NCBI GenBank assembly: GCA_001643675.2
Contig: LSRY02000014.1
Coordinates: forward strand, 1-64,000
Source of the DNA: Monocercomonoides exilis PA203
Taxonomy: Eukaryota > Protista > Preaxostyla
Direction: 5' to 3'
Length of the DNA stretch: 64,000 nucleotides
Below, in pieces: positions 25,601 to 39,831 of this stretch. The notes under the pieces are model-generated. The model was given only the letters and a program-made list of their open reading frames with translations, had not been told where the DNA came from and did no database searches. The translations under genes were made by a program, and so were the position numbers. Position 1 is the first letter of the stretch. Each line of letters starts with the position of its first letter.

Positions 25601-27656
25601 TGCGGGAAAAGAGGGGAAGTCATCAGCTGGTGGGCTGTCGAGGCAGAATGCTGTTAGCAGAGGAGGAAGGGAAGAGAGCAGTGAGAAGGAAAGCGAGTGG
25701 GAGATTGTGAAGCCGATTGGAATGAACGAAAGAGAGGAAGAGTCAGAAAGGACGATGTGGAACGCGGAGAGTGAAACAGACGAGGAAGAGAACGAGGAAG
25801 AAGAGGACGATGAAGAAGAAGAGGAAGATACAACTCCAGCAGCTAGGAGAAGCAGCAAGACGGGAAAATCTGCGAATGGAAGAAGGGAAGGAAAGAGCGG
25901 AACGAGAGAGAGGAAGAGGAGAGGAAGAGGAGGAAGAAGAGACGAAAGAGTTGCCAGAAGAGAAAGGAAGAAGGTAGAGAAAAGCGAGCATCAGATGGAA
26001 GTGGAGCAGAAAATGAGAGAATTGCTGGAGAAAGAGAAAGACCCAACAATGGTTCAGACGTGTGTTTTTGTATTCAATCATTTTCTTAATAAATAATTAC
26101 ACTGTTGTTTTAAAAAAAAACTATTTGATTGCTTCACAATTATGTTTATTTATTAATAATATTCTATTCGTTTGTTCAGCTCGTCAATGCCTTTTGTCTT
26201 TTTTGCCTCTGAAGACATGTTTCCCGAAAGCAAAGCATCCAAACGATCGAGACATTCGTCGTCGTCTTCTTCTCGCTCACCAGCACAGCCTGTCAGCTCA
26301 GCCACTTCATTCACATCGATTGGCTCTTCAACAATTTCCTCCAAACGCAAATCTTCTTCGCCATCGTCTTCGTCCGATGCATTCAGCACTCCTCTTTCAT
26401 CGACCTCAGCCACATCTTTTTCGTCGCTTGGTTCTGGTTCCATCTACTCTCCCACACCAACAATGCCCTCTGCCTCGTCTTCATCGCCTGCGCCTGCCTA
26501 TCTCGCGCCAGGAACAACGATGCACACCCTCTCTGCCCACAGAAAGAGGAGAACGCCTTCTCCTCAGATGCAAAGCTTAGGCGCATTAAATGCATCTGCT
26601 TCATCCACAGGGGGTGAAGACGACTACTTCTTCCCTGAAAGCAAAGCATCTCAAATGCGCTCTAAGCCAATTGCATTGGGAGTTACAACAAATGTCTCAT
26701 CTTCCAATCCACCATCTGCACGCTCGCCTGCCATTTCTGGTGCATCATCCTCGTCTGTTCGTGCACGCACACCCAAATCAATCTCAAGCTCTGCATCACC
26801 TGCCCCATCATCATCATCTTCTTCTTCTTCTTCAGAAGGAGAAGGCCCATCAGCCACACGGCAGATTGCACGGCAGGTTGTTATGAAGGGAAGCAGAGAC
26901 AGCTCCAGTCGCCGAATGAGTGACGACACAATATTCCCACAGGCAGCGTCGTCTGCCCCATCGTCATTTACTGAGGCTGCACACGCTGCTTCGACGGTGG
27001 CAAAGACACGTAGTCCTGTGTTTGGCTCCACTTCATCTGTGCTGTCGTCCAATGGCACTGGCGACTCATCGTCTTCGTCTGCTTCTTCTGCTGCGTCTGC
27101 TGCTCGAAAGGTGCATCAGCATTCTCCGCCGCCTTCTTCAAGCACTGGCGGACCAATGAAACCCATTTCACGAGAAGAGTATCCTCAGTCATCCACTTCA
27201 GTGCCATCATCCTTTGCAGAAGCAGCACACAACGTGATTTCGCCTTCTTCCACATCCACTTCATCCCTCACAAACACTGCTGCCACGAAAAAGCCAAACG
27301 GATCCTCTGCTTCTGCGCCTCGCGCTGCCAGGCCTCCTTCATCGCCATCTCCGCGTCCTTCGCCATCTTCGTCGAATGGCTCGTCGTCGTCTTCTCCAGC
27401 ATCGTCCTCAGTCAATGCTGATAGCGAGTTTCCGGTGTCTTCAACGGCTGTCCCTTCATCTTTCACGTCTGCAGCAGCACTGGCTTCTTCCAAGACAAAG
27501 AGAGCAGTCTCTCTACAAGCAAAACCAGTTCTCAAGTCGCCAAAATCAGGATCAACACGCCCAGTTAGACAGCCTACGCTCACATCCACATCGGCATCGC
27601 AGTCTGAATTTCCAGAAGCAAAAGGACTTGTCAAGCAGCAAACACGATCATTTTGA
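22648..27656 (+). CDS. Kinesin-2 (KIF3/FLA8-FLA10-like) motor, 4 exons: 22648-22727, 22889-22993, 23114-26059, 26180-27656 (~1535 aa)
   Basis: Motor motifs RCRPLN, P-loop [19 protein letters not shown] and [19 protein letters not shown]; neck [12 protein letters not shown]; coiled-coil stalk; C-terminal [10 protein letters not shown] resembles the KIF3B terminus YPQSRGLVPK. Three GT-AG introns keep the frame (4608 nt total). Confidence 0.92.
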
Positions 27657-28439
27657 GAAATGAGGAATATGAAGAAATTTTAAACCAAATAACAAAGATC
27701 AATTGTAAGCATTTAGTGATGGAAAAGAAGGAGAATTCACTATCATTTTGATATAACAACAATATTTGCTTTGGCACGGATTAAGCTTTGAAAATGTTTT
27801 TTTAAATTACTATGTTAATTGTCAAACCTATGCTTCTGCTTTTGAGTATCTCGTTGTTGTTATTCTTTTTTTCACAAACTTTTTCTTTGTTAATCTTGCA
27901 TTAAATGAATGCACCAAACTTCAACTAAATATTTTATGTTGAAAATCTCCTTAATTTAAGAATCTTTCACACCTTTTTCGCACCACTTATTTTTTTATGT
28001 TTTATTTTGTTCTCAATTATGTAAACTTTCCCAGTTATTAATATTTTTTTGTATTATTTTATTTGTGTTTTTTATAAAAATGGAAATAACAGAATGATAT
28101 TTATCTATTAAACATTTCAAGATGTCTTTCTTTTCAATCATTTTAAATATATTCACCATTCTATAATTCTGCATCTTTAAAAATATTTTTTTGTGATGAT
28201 CTTGTTTTGGATGTTAACAATTGTTTAAGAAACGAAAACTCTAATTCTATGTAATATCAAAAATGGAAGAGAATGAAAGCATTGACAGCAAAAGGATCAG
28301 AAATGGTAATATTTGGAGTGAAAAAGCGTGAGTTTGACGTGTTAAGAGGTGATTAAAGAAGATGAAGAAGAAGGAAAAAAGGCAAAGAAAAAATTGGTTA
28401 ACGAATAATTTCACCAAAAAGATATGAAGAAAGAAATAT

Positions 28440-31185
28440 ATTTTTCAAACATTAAAACAAACGGATGAAACTTTCCATCAGAAAGTGGAAGAGGAGGAGG
28501 GATGCGTCTGACATTTGAAAGAAAGATTATTGACAATTCTATGAAGAATGATGATCTTGCGAACAACGTTGCAGAAAAAGGAGAAGATGTGTATTTGGTG
28601 TGTGGATCACCATGGACAATGCTTCTTCCAGGGTTGTGGGAAGGGACAGTTACAAGAGTCACAGCAGAAAATAAGATATAGGTTTTTGAGTCATCTGAAC
28701 CAAGAAAAGAAAACTCACTGATCAATTATCTGTTTCCAAAATCGGGATCAAATTTGTTTGTGAGCAATGCTGGAAACGGATTATCAAGTTGTGGAGTGAA
28801 AGAAAATCCTTGCTCATCTGTTAATGTTGGATTTGATCAGTCGAATGATGAGATAGAGAGGATTATGCTTGTTGGTGCTGCTTCAGTGAGCAAGACTATC
28901 AACAGAGATGGGAAAGGACTGACAATCAAAGGGAATGAAGAAACGAGAGAACTGGTTGTTGAAGAGGGAGGGAAATTTGAATTGACAGAAGGAGATGGGC
29001 AAACACATTTGACTTTGTCACTTCTTCAGATTTCGCTTCCATGTTCCTCCTCTGCAAGTGCAAGTGGTGATGAATCGTTTGTGGAAGTGAGGATTGGGGA
29101 ATGTTTCATTTTGGATTGTTTGTTTTCAAAAGGAGAAGGGAATTCAAATGTGGATGAGTGTGGGAAGTGGATAGTGATTGGGAATGGAGGGGCAATTCGA
29201 ATAGAGAGAACAGAAATGAACGGGATAACATTCGAAGGATGTGGAATTGCAAGATTTGGAGGAGGGGATGTGATATTTGTGAACTGTTCATTGGATGGGA
29301 TTGAGACCAGTGGAAGAGGAGTGATAGTGGGGAATGGTGGATCGGAAGTGACATTCAGGAACATGACAGCATCAGAGTGTGTTGTGGGAACAGGATCGTT
29401 GATAACGTCGAATGGGGGATCGAGTTTGAGAGTTGATAAAAAAAGCAGATTTGAGGATATCGAGACAGAAAGTGTGAGTGGAGGATGTGTGAAGGGCGAG
29501 ATGAAGCTGAATGATTTGCTTGAAATTGGATCATCATCCATATTGAGATGCTCGGTGAATGGAAATGGAGGAAGAGGAGGAGGAATATATCTGGATTTGA
29601 GTGACAATTGTGCGAATAACTTTGTTTTGACAACATTAACATTTGAAGAGAATATTGCTGCCGAGGGAAGGGATTTGTTCATTTCTTGCAAGAAACTGAA
29701 TGAAACAGTGACGAAGGAGAGGTTTGGATTTGAATACAAATATGAAAATGGAGAAGGAGAAGGAGAAGGTCAGGCAGTTGATATGAAAGGGATTGACAGA
29801 GCACATTTTGTAGAGAGTGTTGATCTTGAGCTGTTTCTTATTGAAATGAAGGGAATAGAGGTGTGTGTGTCGAAAGAGGGATATGACACATTGAGATGTG
29901 TGAGAGATGCTTATTCATTCTAATCGATGTGGAGCGGAATATGTCACACTGAAATGAATGAAGGGGAAGGAAAAAGGAAAGTTAAAGTGAGAGATGAAGG
30001 AACAATTGAAGATGCTTGTTCATTTTCATATGCATTTGTGATAGATTGATGCGTGAACAAAGGAGATGAAGTTCATCATTGATTTTTTCATTTTGTAATT
30101 GTTATCCATCGAGATTCAACACCATCCAATATTTCACAAATTGTTTCTCTTTATTCATTTTCTATGTTATTCCATTTCTTGCAATAATTACTCCAACAAC
30201 GGATAAGTTGACTGTTTCATGCATAAGCTTTCAAAAAAGAAATAATTTGCAAAAAACCAAAGAACGTTGCCATCCAGCATCCATTGATGAACCCAATAAT
30301 TGAGACAATAATGACTTTGAATCTATAAAAAGAGAATCGAAGTTGAGACAACAAAAATGTTCAGTTATGCGAATATTTTAAAAAAAATCTGTTCTATCAA
30401 AAAATTGCAAAGTTCATGAGGAACCTGTAAATGGAACGAAGAAATTATAAAGAAAAGTGTATATGGAAAGAAGATGGAACATTCGGAGTTATCTGAACAT
30501 CATTTGTCTGAGAGTGGCTCAACAGAATACATTTTGGGAAGAGACTCAGATAATTTTTCTGACTCGATTGGAGAAAGTTGATGAGAAAGAAGAGGAGGAA
30601 GAGATAAGAAAGCGAATGCCATCGCCTTCCATTTCATCAACCTCAACCACATCCACGACTGATTCAGATTCAACATTTGTTCGTGGGGAGGATCTGTGTC
30701 CAACCACCTCATCGATGTTGAATCTGGTGGATGCAATGGCCTGTTCATCGCCACATGAGAAGCTGATTGTTAATCTGAGGGATTCGCTGTTAATGCTTCT
30801 GCACGGGAGAAATGAGAAGAAGGAGATGGCAATTGGTACCTTGAAGGAGAGGAAGATGACCGGAGCACAGATGCTATTCTGGGTGGAGAATGGAGCACTT
30901 CACTCATTTGATGAAATGAACAACCCGCTCCAATCGTTGGCCAATCTGAGTCCGCACATTGTGCTGTTCTCGGAGCACATGGTGATCTGCATTGCCCTCC
31001 ACTCCGACTGCTCATCTTCAGATGATTCCGATTCATCATCCATCTGTTCGATGCCCGTGGTTTCTTCATCCTCATCGAATGTTTCAGTGACGAGCGAGAG
31101 ATTCACCGACTCACCACCACCTTCATCAGCGTTTGAGGATTGTGAAGACAACAGGAAGGAGTGTCTGAGGTTGAAGGCGCTCTAG
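28440..31185 (+). pseudogene. Decayed beta-helix receptor/kinase-like gene (ectodomain fragment 28754..29923 plus cytoplasmic fragment 30470..31185)
   Basis: CGVKENPCSSV and GRGGGIYLDL ectodomain motifs, then the family cytoplasmic block ..LVDAMACSSPHEKLIV..NLSPHIVLFSEHMVICI..KECLR. Multiple stops, and the middle is missing. Confidence 0.75.
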
Positions 31186-33491
31186 CTGCAGATCAACATG
31201 AAGATGTTGACAGAAAAGAGTTTAAATGCATGAAAAATAAAAGTGTTGTTATGAAAGTGCACTGTGCTTTGAATGGTATTTGGATAAACAATTTCTATTT
31301 CATATGACAAACATTTGTTTGCTGCTTTTCTTCAACAGTGAATTGATTTTTTGAAATTCATGTTACAAGTTTCCCATATAATGGAATTATCTCATGCATT
31401 TGGGACACACCACCCTGAGCAAGGTGAAAAAAGTTTGAAAAAAACGCATAAACTGGAAAATAGTTTTCAGAAACTTTAACTTTTGAAGAAAAAGAAATAA
31501 ACACTAAAAGAAGAGTTTCATTTGTGAAATTCCCAGTGAATGATAACTGTAAATCAATGAGAAAATTTGAAATTCCAAAAATTCCTTTGATTAGAGATGA
31601 ACAAGCTTGGAAATTCCTTGTTTCATGAAATAGAGCCACTTATGAAAAATTCGATTCAAACAAAAAATAAACGTCCAACTCAATGAAAAAATATTTTTTC
31701 GTATTGAAAACAATTAGATAAAATGGAAATGTGCATTGCTCAGCATTGAAATAAACAGTGAAAATTCAATTATCACAAAAAATAACCCAATTTCTGATAA
31801 TTCAAATATATAAAATATATAATTGGATCAAATTTTTTTTCGGTGAATAGTGAATTGCCATGAAGCAAATAACGTGAACAAATTTTTAATTGTTCGTTTC
31901 TACTCAGTTATTTATAAACATAAAATTGCTTTGGAGATCATGAAAGATTACAAATAAATATCGATTGGCTTAATAATAACGATTAAATTGAAATTTAACG
32001 ATCGAATAGAAGTTAAAGACAGATGAGATAATTATTAAGGATTCTTCAGTTAGCACATTTGCAATTTACAGTATTCTGTTTATTTTCAGAAGCTTGGAGC
32101 ATTTGAAAGAGAAGAAAGAATCAGATCAAACGATGATGATAATTGTATGAGTGATAGAAAATTTTATGAATCCATTGAGATGAACGAGACGAGTTTGGCG
32201 CATTTTTAAATGAGTTTATGAAATAAAAATTGTAATCTCAGTCGGAGATGCGCTAAATTTGATAGGAGTTACCAAAAACCAAAATATTGTTCTTATCGAT
32301 ATTTTGGAAAATAAATCATTCCAACAGTTTCAATTTTTCAATGAATTTCAAAAGATTTTTATCGGAAATATTTATACCATCATTTGTTTATGTTTCTTAT
32401 TATTTAGAATAATTAGCGGTTTTAAACAGTATGCATCCTGTAGAGTTATTTTTGCTGTACCCTTTAGGAGCATTTCTTTAATCAATTGAGTTTTGCTTCA
32501 CCTGCGGGTACAAACATATTGAGTTTCTTGTCAGGAACTATTCCTGTTGTGTGGATGTGCTCTTAAATAAGAAACTAAAATTATTTTTTGTTTTCGGTGT
32601 TTATTGTGAATTTATTCTGTAAGATTTTCGAATTTCAATGTCAATTATTATTTGTTTTTCCTTTTAGAAAATTTTCCAATAAAAGTGTGTTTATATAATA
32701 GTGTTGCTTTTATCGCGAAACTCGTTGACGTTTCATTGAAGCTTGAAGTGCTCAGTTTTTGTTCGCGAATAAAGTAACGCATCAAATTAGGAAGTTGATC
32801 TCCACATTCAGGAACTTCTTCTTTAATATGGTGCGGACATTATTTTGCTTTTATGAGCATTTGATTGTAATTTGATAGATATTTCAAGAATTTTTTCCAT
32901 ATTTGATTTTTATTGATTATTGTCAAATCATTTTCTTTCAATTTTTTTATTGGATATTTAAGTGTTCTATCGAACATCTTTAATGATAATAAGCTGCATG
33001 AAACAAATTTTATAAACTATTTTTAATAAAAAGACTTTGCATTACCATTTTCCATCTTGAAAAAAAAATTAATTTCCATAAAAGTAGTTTTCTCTTTGAT
33101 TATCTTATTTTCAAAAATGAATGATATAGTCCATTGAGATCAATAAACAAAAAATTAATCGAAGTGATTCAAGTTTTACCTCAAAGAAGATACCAAAGAA
33201 AACGTTTTTAAATTATCTGTTTGAATCAAAATGATTCAATTTTTTATTTTTTTTTTAAAATGAAACAAAGAACATGTATGACTTTCGAGGAAAACATAAT
33301 ATTGTTTAAATTAAAAATTGAAAAAAAAAATTAGCAAATGAAAAGCATTAAACAGAATTTATTTCTTCTAAAACAAAAACAAAAATAAAAATAAAAATAT
33401 GAAAAAATAAAAGGATTAACAAAATATTTTAACAAAAAACATGAACTCCTAACATATTTTCAAATAAATTACTTTACGATTCTTATTCGAA

Positions 33492-36400
33492 TCAATTGAG
33501 CTTTGTGGGAGAAGAAGCCGTCTCCACAGCATTCGCCTTCAGCTGAGTCTGCTGGGCAGCGATGGCAACAGCCCGAGTTCTCCTTCTGTTGAGGTGAATG
33601 TTGCGGATGAGCGGCGGTGTGGCAGCAGACGAGGCACGTGAAGACGCAGCATCAGATGTCTGCGAGTGCGAAAGAGATGTCGCTGGAGTCGATGGATGGG
33701 GCTGCAGATGGCGATGGTGCGGGGCGAATGGTTGTGTCTGGTAATGTGACAAGGAAGATGGAAGGGAAGAAGAAGGAGGTGCTCCAGCAAGAGAATAGAA
33801 TGTGAAGGCAGCAGGAGACGATGGGAAAGGCTGAGGAACAGGCGAGCGGTGGGGCGGCACAGGAGAGAAATATCCAGAAAGGGGAGAGGCTGTCGAAGAG
33901 ACGGGTGTGCTGCCAGCTGGGGTGAGGGCAGTGGGAGTGGGGAAGTTGCGCTGAGTGGAAGGAGACAGATGAATTGGGCGGAGATCGAAGGAGGATGATG
34001 CAATTGACAGCGAGTGTGTGTCGAAGTCGGGGTCTGTGTCGTAATCAGAGCGAGAAAGAGGGGTTGATGGGGACATTGGCGACACCATCGAAAACGAGGA
34101 AGGTGTTGAAGAGTCTCTGGCAGCACCGACTGAAAATGACTGAGGAATGAACAGGGAGTCCTGCAGTGCAGAGCTGTCTTCTGGACGAGACGGCGAGAGA
34201 ACAAGACTCGGCGAGGCTGTTTCTGTGTGCGTGTTGCTGGCAAATGGAGGAGATGTCTGGGGAGAATAAGAAGAGCTGGCCAGCGAGATGGAGGAGCCAT
34301 GACGAGCAATGCTGTTGAACTGTGGCGAGGACATGTGAGAATTGTGGGCGAAGGGGACGAGTGAGGAATAAGTGGACGAAAGGGACATGGACGACGCATC
34401 TGACAGAAGAGAGTCGTTCTCGTCGCCAGGCGAGTTGTAGATGTTATCCTCCAAATGTGTTCTGCCCTGAAGCATCTGCTGCCCACGCTGCATATTCACA
34501 CTCTGCGCTGCCTGCTCCACCGTCGGTGCGTCTTTGCTGTCAACATGCTGCTCTTCTGAAATGTGGATGATTTCTGAATGAGTCTTGCCTCTATTCGCAC
34601 TGCTGGAGTGTTCTGAGTTCCGTCTGAGAGGACTTCTGCTGCCGCGTGCTGAGCCCAGCTGGTTTCTGGCGCTTTTGGAGAGGCTTCTGTTTGCCCAGTG
34701 CTTCAGATGCTTTGGCGTGGACAGGTCAGACACAGACGATGTGGTGCCTTCTGAATACTGTCCTGTGAACAGAGTGGGGGTGAAGCTGCCGGCATCTTCT
34801 GTCATCATTGAACGGGAAGAGCCTGTTTCAGATGAAAGAGAGTCGTCTATGTCATCATCTTCATTGCTCACATCAGAATAGTCATCCTTTTCACTCTCAT
34901 CACTCTCTTCGCTCAGACGCCGATTTCGCAGTTTTCTGTTTGTTCTGTCAACAACGTCATCTTCATCTTCATCATCGTCTTCTTCCTCTTCTTCATCACT
35001 TTCATCGTCATCATCTTCCTTCAACGTGCGGTGTGATTTGCTGAGTTCTTTCAATATTCTACCTGAGTTGCCGTTGTGTTTCACTCTTTCTGTCTCAAAA
35101 GTGAACATCACATGTTGTGATGATGGATGAGCGCCTGCAATTGCGCTGACTGTCTGCTTCTCCACACTCTTCTCCACCTCTTCCTGTGTCAACTCTGATG
35201 GCGTATCGTAAAATGAAGGCGATGCCAGTTTGCATCCCTCGCTGTGTGTGTGGTATGTGCTGTGATTGTGTGCTCCTCCTTCCTTCCCTCCCGTGTGCTT
35301 CATCTTTTCTGACTTGCATGGCCACTCATACGACTTGTGATGCTCATGATGCTCAGGATAAGAGCGGTGCGAGTGATCTTCAGAAGACGAGTGCTCCAAA
35401 AGAGGAGGCGTCTTGAAGAGACGAGGAGGAGATTTGAACAGCGGCTTTTGCGTGACAGAATGCTTTGCTTGTGTAGCAGAGGCATCAGAAGCATCAGAAG
35501 CTGTGGGGAGTGCAGAATGGCCATCAGGAGATGAATGAAGAGACGCCTCAGAAGCAGCAGGTGAGCTATTTGTGTGTTTTGCATCAGCCATTTCATGGTG
35601 TGGAGGAGAGTGTTCAGAAGATGAGGTGTTTGGTGAATGCTTTGCAGGAAGAGATGAATGAGAGTGTGTGAGTGAAGAGACACCTTCAGGCACAATGGCA
35701 GATGGAGTGAATGTGGTGGATGAAGTGTGCGATGTGAGGAATGGGGGATTGCTTGACTGGTTGGAAAGAGAAAGAGAAGATGACGAAGAAGAAGAAGAAG
35801 AAGCGGATGATGAAGAGGATAATGAAGAGGAGGAAGAAGCAGAAGCAGAAGAGGAAGAAGAAGTGGAAGAGCTTGGCACAATCGCTGGGGTCAAAAGTGA
35901 AGCTGAGACAGAAGAAGACGTGTCATCGAAGTATGATCTGAGTGTTGTGGAAGCAAAAGTTCTTGAAAAAGGAGTGCCATCTGAACAGACAGCAGAGCAA
36001 TGAGCAGTTGAAGAGTGTGCTTTTGCAGTCGATGTGGTTGTTTGAGTGATGGCAGGGGCAGGGAAGATGGGGGCAGTGGCTGAGACAGATGCAAAGGCAG
36101 GGACAGGAGAGGTGGAGAGAATAACAGAGGAAGAAGAAGATGAGGAAGAAGAAGATGAGGAGGAGGAAGAAGAAATAGGAGAAGAGGAAGAGGAAGGCTT
36201 GATGGCAGAAGAAGAAGGAGAAGACGAGGAAGGAGCAACCGAAATGGAAGAAGGAGAAGAGAACGATGAAGTGGGTGAAGGGTGGATGATGTCTGATGAG
36301 TGAAATGGCCGAAGAAGAGCAGAAGATGTGCTGAATGAGCTGTTTGTCTCGTGCAGATGAGGAGGTGAGGTGGGCGAGGGGCTGTGGATGGACACGGCAG

Positions 36401-39400
36401 CAGGCGATTTTATGGCAGGTGGAAGATGAGAAGGAGCTTTTGTTGATGATTGATTCTGAATGTTCTGATGATTCTGTTGCTGACTAATTTGCTGCTGCTG
36501 CTGCTGTTGTTGTTGTGTAGATGATGCATCCTTTGGAGCAAGGCCAGTGTCAGCATTGTGGAAGGAGCCAGATGCAGCAGAGTGCAACGAGGGAGAGAGT
36601 GTGTGTTCAGTGTCATCAGAACACAGTTGGAGTGAGGCAGCAGCTGAATGCACGCTGCCAGTGGTGAATGAGTCGCGGGTGTCGCATCTGGCAGAAGGGG
36701 GTGAGTTGAGCGATGTGTGTGGAGGAGACGAAAGAGAAAGAGCAGATTTTGTGGTGCAGCCAAATGAAGATGTGCTGTCTGTGTTTTTTGTCTTTTCGTC
36801 GCTTTGATCAAAAGTGTCTGAGGCAGTTGATGTCTGGCAGAGTGCAGGAAACACGTCAGAACAAGAGCGGATGTGTGACTGTGAAGAGAGAGAAGGCTGA
36901 GAGAGACCAGGCGGAGTGAATGGAGTGGAGGCTGATGAAAGCGCTTTTCCTGTCTGAACAACCAGCCGCACACCATCAAATGTCTGGTGCTGCGAAGATG
37001 AGGAGGAAGATGAACGAGAAGAAGAAGAAGAAGAAGAAGATGATGATGATGATTTATTGCTTTTAGTGTTTCCAATGGTGTTTCTGTGTTTGTGTTTAGA
37101 ATTGCCGTTCTGTCTGAATGAGCGTGATGTGCTGAATGAGGCAGAGGCAGATGAGAAGCGGTTGATCGAAGCAGACGACGTGAGCGCATTCGAGTTCCAT
37201 CTGGCGATGCCTGCTGTGTTTGTGGCTGTCTGCTTCCCAAACGACGGGGCAGCAGAAGACGCAAACTGGAGCTGTGTCACTGCAGATGGCAGATGCTGAG
37301 AGGAGGACGAAGGCAAAGGAGCAACTTCACCATGTGTGGAGGCAGATGCAGATGAGAACAGATCAGCAGGAGGACATGGCGGAGAAATTAGCTTCAGCGT
37401 CGGAGAAATAGCAAGTGACTTCAGTTGAGAGTCTTCTTCATTAACTGCATCTGTTTTTGATTCAGAATAAAAAGCAGTTTCAACAGAATTATCAGAAGAA
37501 GAAGAAGAAGAAGAAGAAGAAGAAGAAGATGGATCAATCTGTTCTGTCTGCAAAGGAGCAGCAGAAGGCTGAGCTAATTCAGTCACAGTCTGCACATCGC
37601 CCTTCAAAAGAGTATTATTCACAGAAGAAGATGCTATTGACTTTTCTTGTTGGAGTGAGGCAGCATTCGGAGTGGCATATGAAACAACACCCGATGCCAT
37701 CATTGTGACTGGCTTTGAGCGAAAGAGGTGGCTGTTGGGTGGGGCGAGGGGAGGGAACAAGGGGTCATAATAGGAGAAGTGCTGTGATTGATCATCAGGT
37801 GGCACTAGAAGCTGCTGAGGATTGCCTGCTGCATATGGATTGCTGTATGAATACGAAGAAGGCTGTTTAGACTGAGAATAGCGAATATGCTGCTGCTGAA
37901 GATGTTGCTGTGTCTGTTGTGTCTGTGCTGTGAATGATGTTTTGTTGTCCGATTGATTCTGAGGAGACGATGCATTCATCTGTGCCTTCTTCGGAGTGAA
38001 TGTTGGAATGTGGTCTTTGATGAAGGGAAGAAAGGCTGCTGCTGAAAAGGGCTCCAAATAGCTCTGTGGTTGCATGTTTTGTGCTGACTGTGTTGAGACA
38101 GAAGCAGAAGAAGAGTTTGGCGCAGGCAGAGAAGAAGGCAATGAAGATGGGTCTGCTGAAGGCTGAGCAGCAGAAGTGGTTGGAGTCTGTTGGAATGTCA
38201 CAAAAGGCGGCTGGTAAAAAGGCGGAGGCTGAGACAGGTTGAGAGGAGTGGAGGTGTTTGGGAAAGGGAAAGGAGGATAACCGCCTGGCGGAAGAGGAAG
38301 AGGCGGGGGAATGTATTTGGGATAGAAGGGAGGCTGAGAAGGGGCACCGGTTGTGCTGATGGCGACTGCTGTATTTGGAGTGCTTGATGATGGAGTGTGG
38401 ATTGCAGATGAAGGCTGTGGTGCAACAGAGTTAGTAGAAATTGTGCTTGGTACTGAAGCATAAGAAGAGAAAGAAGCATTTGAAGGCGATGGAAGCGAGG
38501 CAGACGGCTGCATTGATGAAGGAGCAGCACCTGGTAACGTCGCATTTTGTGAAGTTCGAAACATCAGTGGTGGCTTCTCAGACAAAACTAGAGGATTGCG
38601 TGGGACAGTTGGTAGCTGTGAATGTGGCTGTTGCTGCTGCTGCTGACCTGCCTGTTGACCTGCCTGCTGGTTTGACTGCTGCGACGTGTCGCCTTTCTTT
38701 GGCTCGCGCGGAAGAGCCCATTCAACATGGAGCTGCTTGCCTTCCATTTCGTATCCCTGCAGCTTCTCCATTGCGAGCGCGGCTGCCTCCTTCGTGTGGA
38801 AGTGCACGAATGCATGGCCCATCTGCCGCTTTGTCGTCACGTCGTTCGGGATGACGATGGACTTGAGCGCAGACTGGTGCTCAAACGGCAGCAGACCCAG
38901 CACCAACGCTCTCAGCTGCCCAGGTGTGGCACCAATTGGTATGCCTTTCACAAAGAGAGACATCACTTTCTCTAACACCCGCGGGTCAAACGCCCGTCGA
39001 CGCGCAAATGTGATGTTGAGAACAGAATCTTCCAGCGTCGTTCCATTCAAGTGTCGCATCGCATTGACTGTGATCGTGTGAGATGGATATGAAGCCCATC
39101 CGTATCCACGAGAGTTTCCTTCGCTATCGGTTGACAAAACAAAATTTGTCATCGGAATCTAAAAATAACATTAAAATGATTCATTTGTCCAATGGATAAT
39201 TTTTGTTATTATTGATGAGTAAAAAAATTTTCATTCACAACAAATTAACATACTCCAGATTTTGACTCCAACTTACTTCTAATAAAGGCTGGATCAAGAT
39301 TAACTGGAATATTCATGATAAAAAGGCTATTTTTTGCATCTGCATATGTGACTTTCACTGTTATTCTGTAAATTCAAATTTGATGTTTTTCATCAAAAGG

Positions 39401-39831
39401 AAAAAAATAGGAATTATTTGTACAGACTCTTTTCCGCTTTGCTGATCGGTAAAGCTAGGCTGTGTTTTGCTATTCAAAGCAGCATATGTTGCTTCCATTG
39501 TTTCGAAACTTAAAAATGCAAAGTCTTTTGTTTGAAATAAAGGATGGATAAAGAGAATGAAAGAAAACGAAAAAAACTTTTATGCGAAGATGCTTTTCTA
39601 CTTTTGATAATTGTTGATTCAACTACTTTACCATATTTAGAAAAGGCATTCTTTAATTCATCTTCTGTGACATTTTTTGGAAAATCGCTCTGCAAGCAAA
39701 ATGAATTCTCAAAATTTTAACATCCAGTTTCAAACCACATAGACCCCGCAAACGCTCGCCCCTGGGTCAATGAATGAAGACAAATTTCGTTGCTGTCGTT
39801 CTCCATTAAGATCAGGAGAATTCGAGCTCAT
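33492..39831 (-). CDS. Multi-RRM RNA-binding protein with a very long Ser/Pro/Gln-rich low-complexity C-terminus; several short 5' introns
   Basis: RRM elements in the 5' exons (VYV|SDFPKNVTEDELKNAFSKYG; SRGYGWASY; LFVKGIP...MGHAFVHF...LQGYEMEGKQLHVEWA), then an 1886-codon open terminal exon. ATG inferred at 39831; internal exon borders not fully resolved. Confidence 0.8.

Noticed and set aside
23775-27634. Long antisense ORFs (250-411 aa) opposite the kinesin, and similar ones opposite the RRM and exportin genes
   Set aside because: These are shadow frames produced by GAA/GAG/TCT-rich low-complexity coding sequence, with no domain features.
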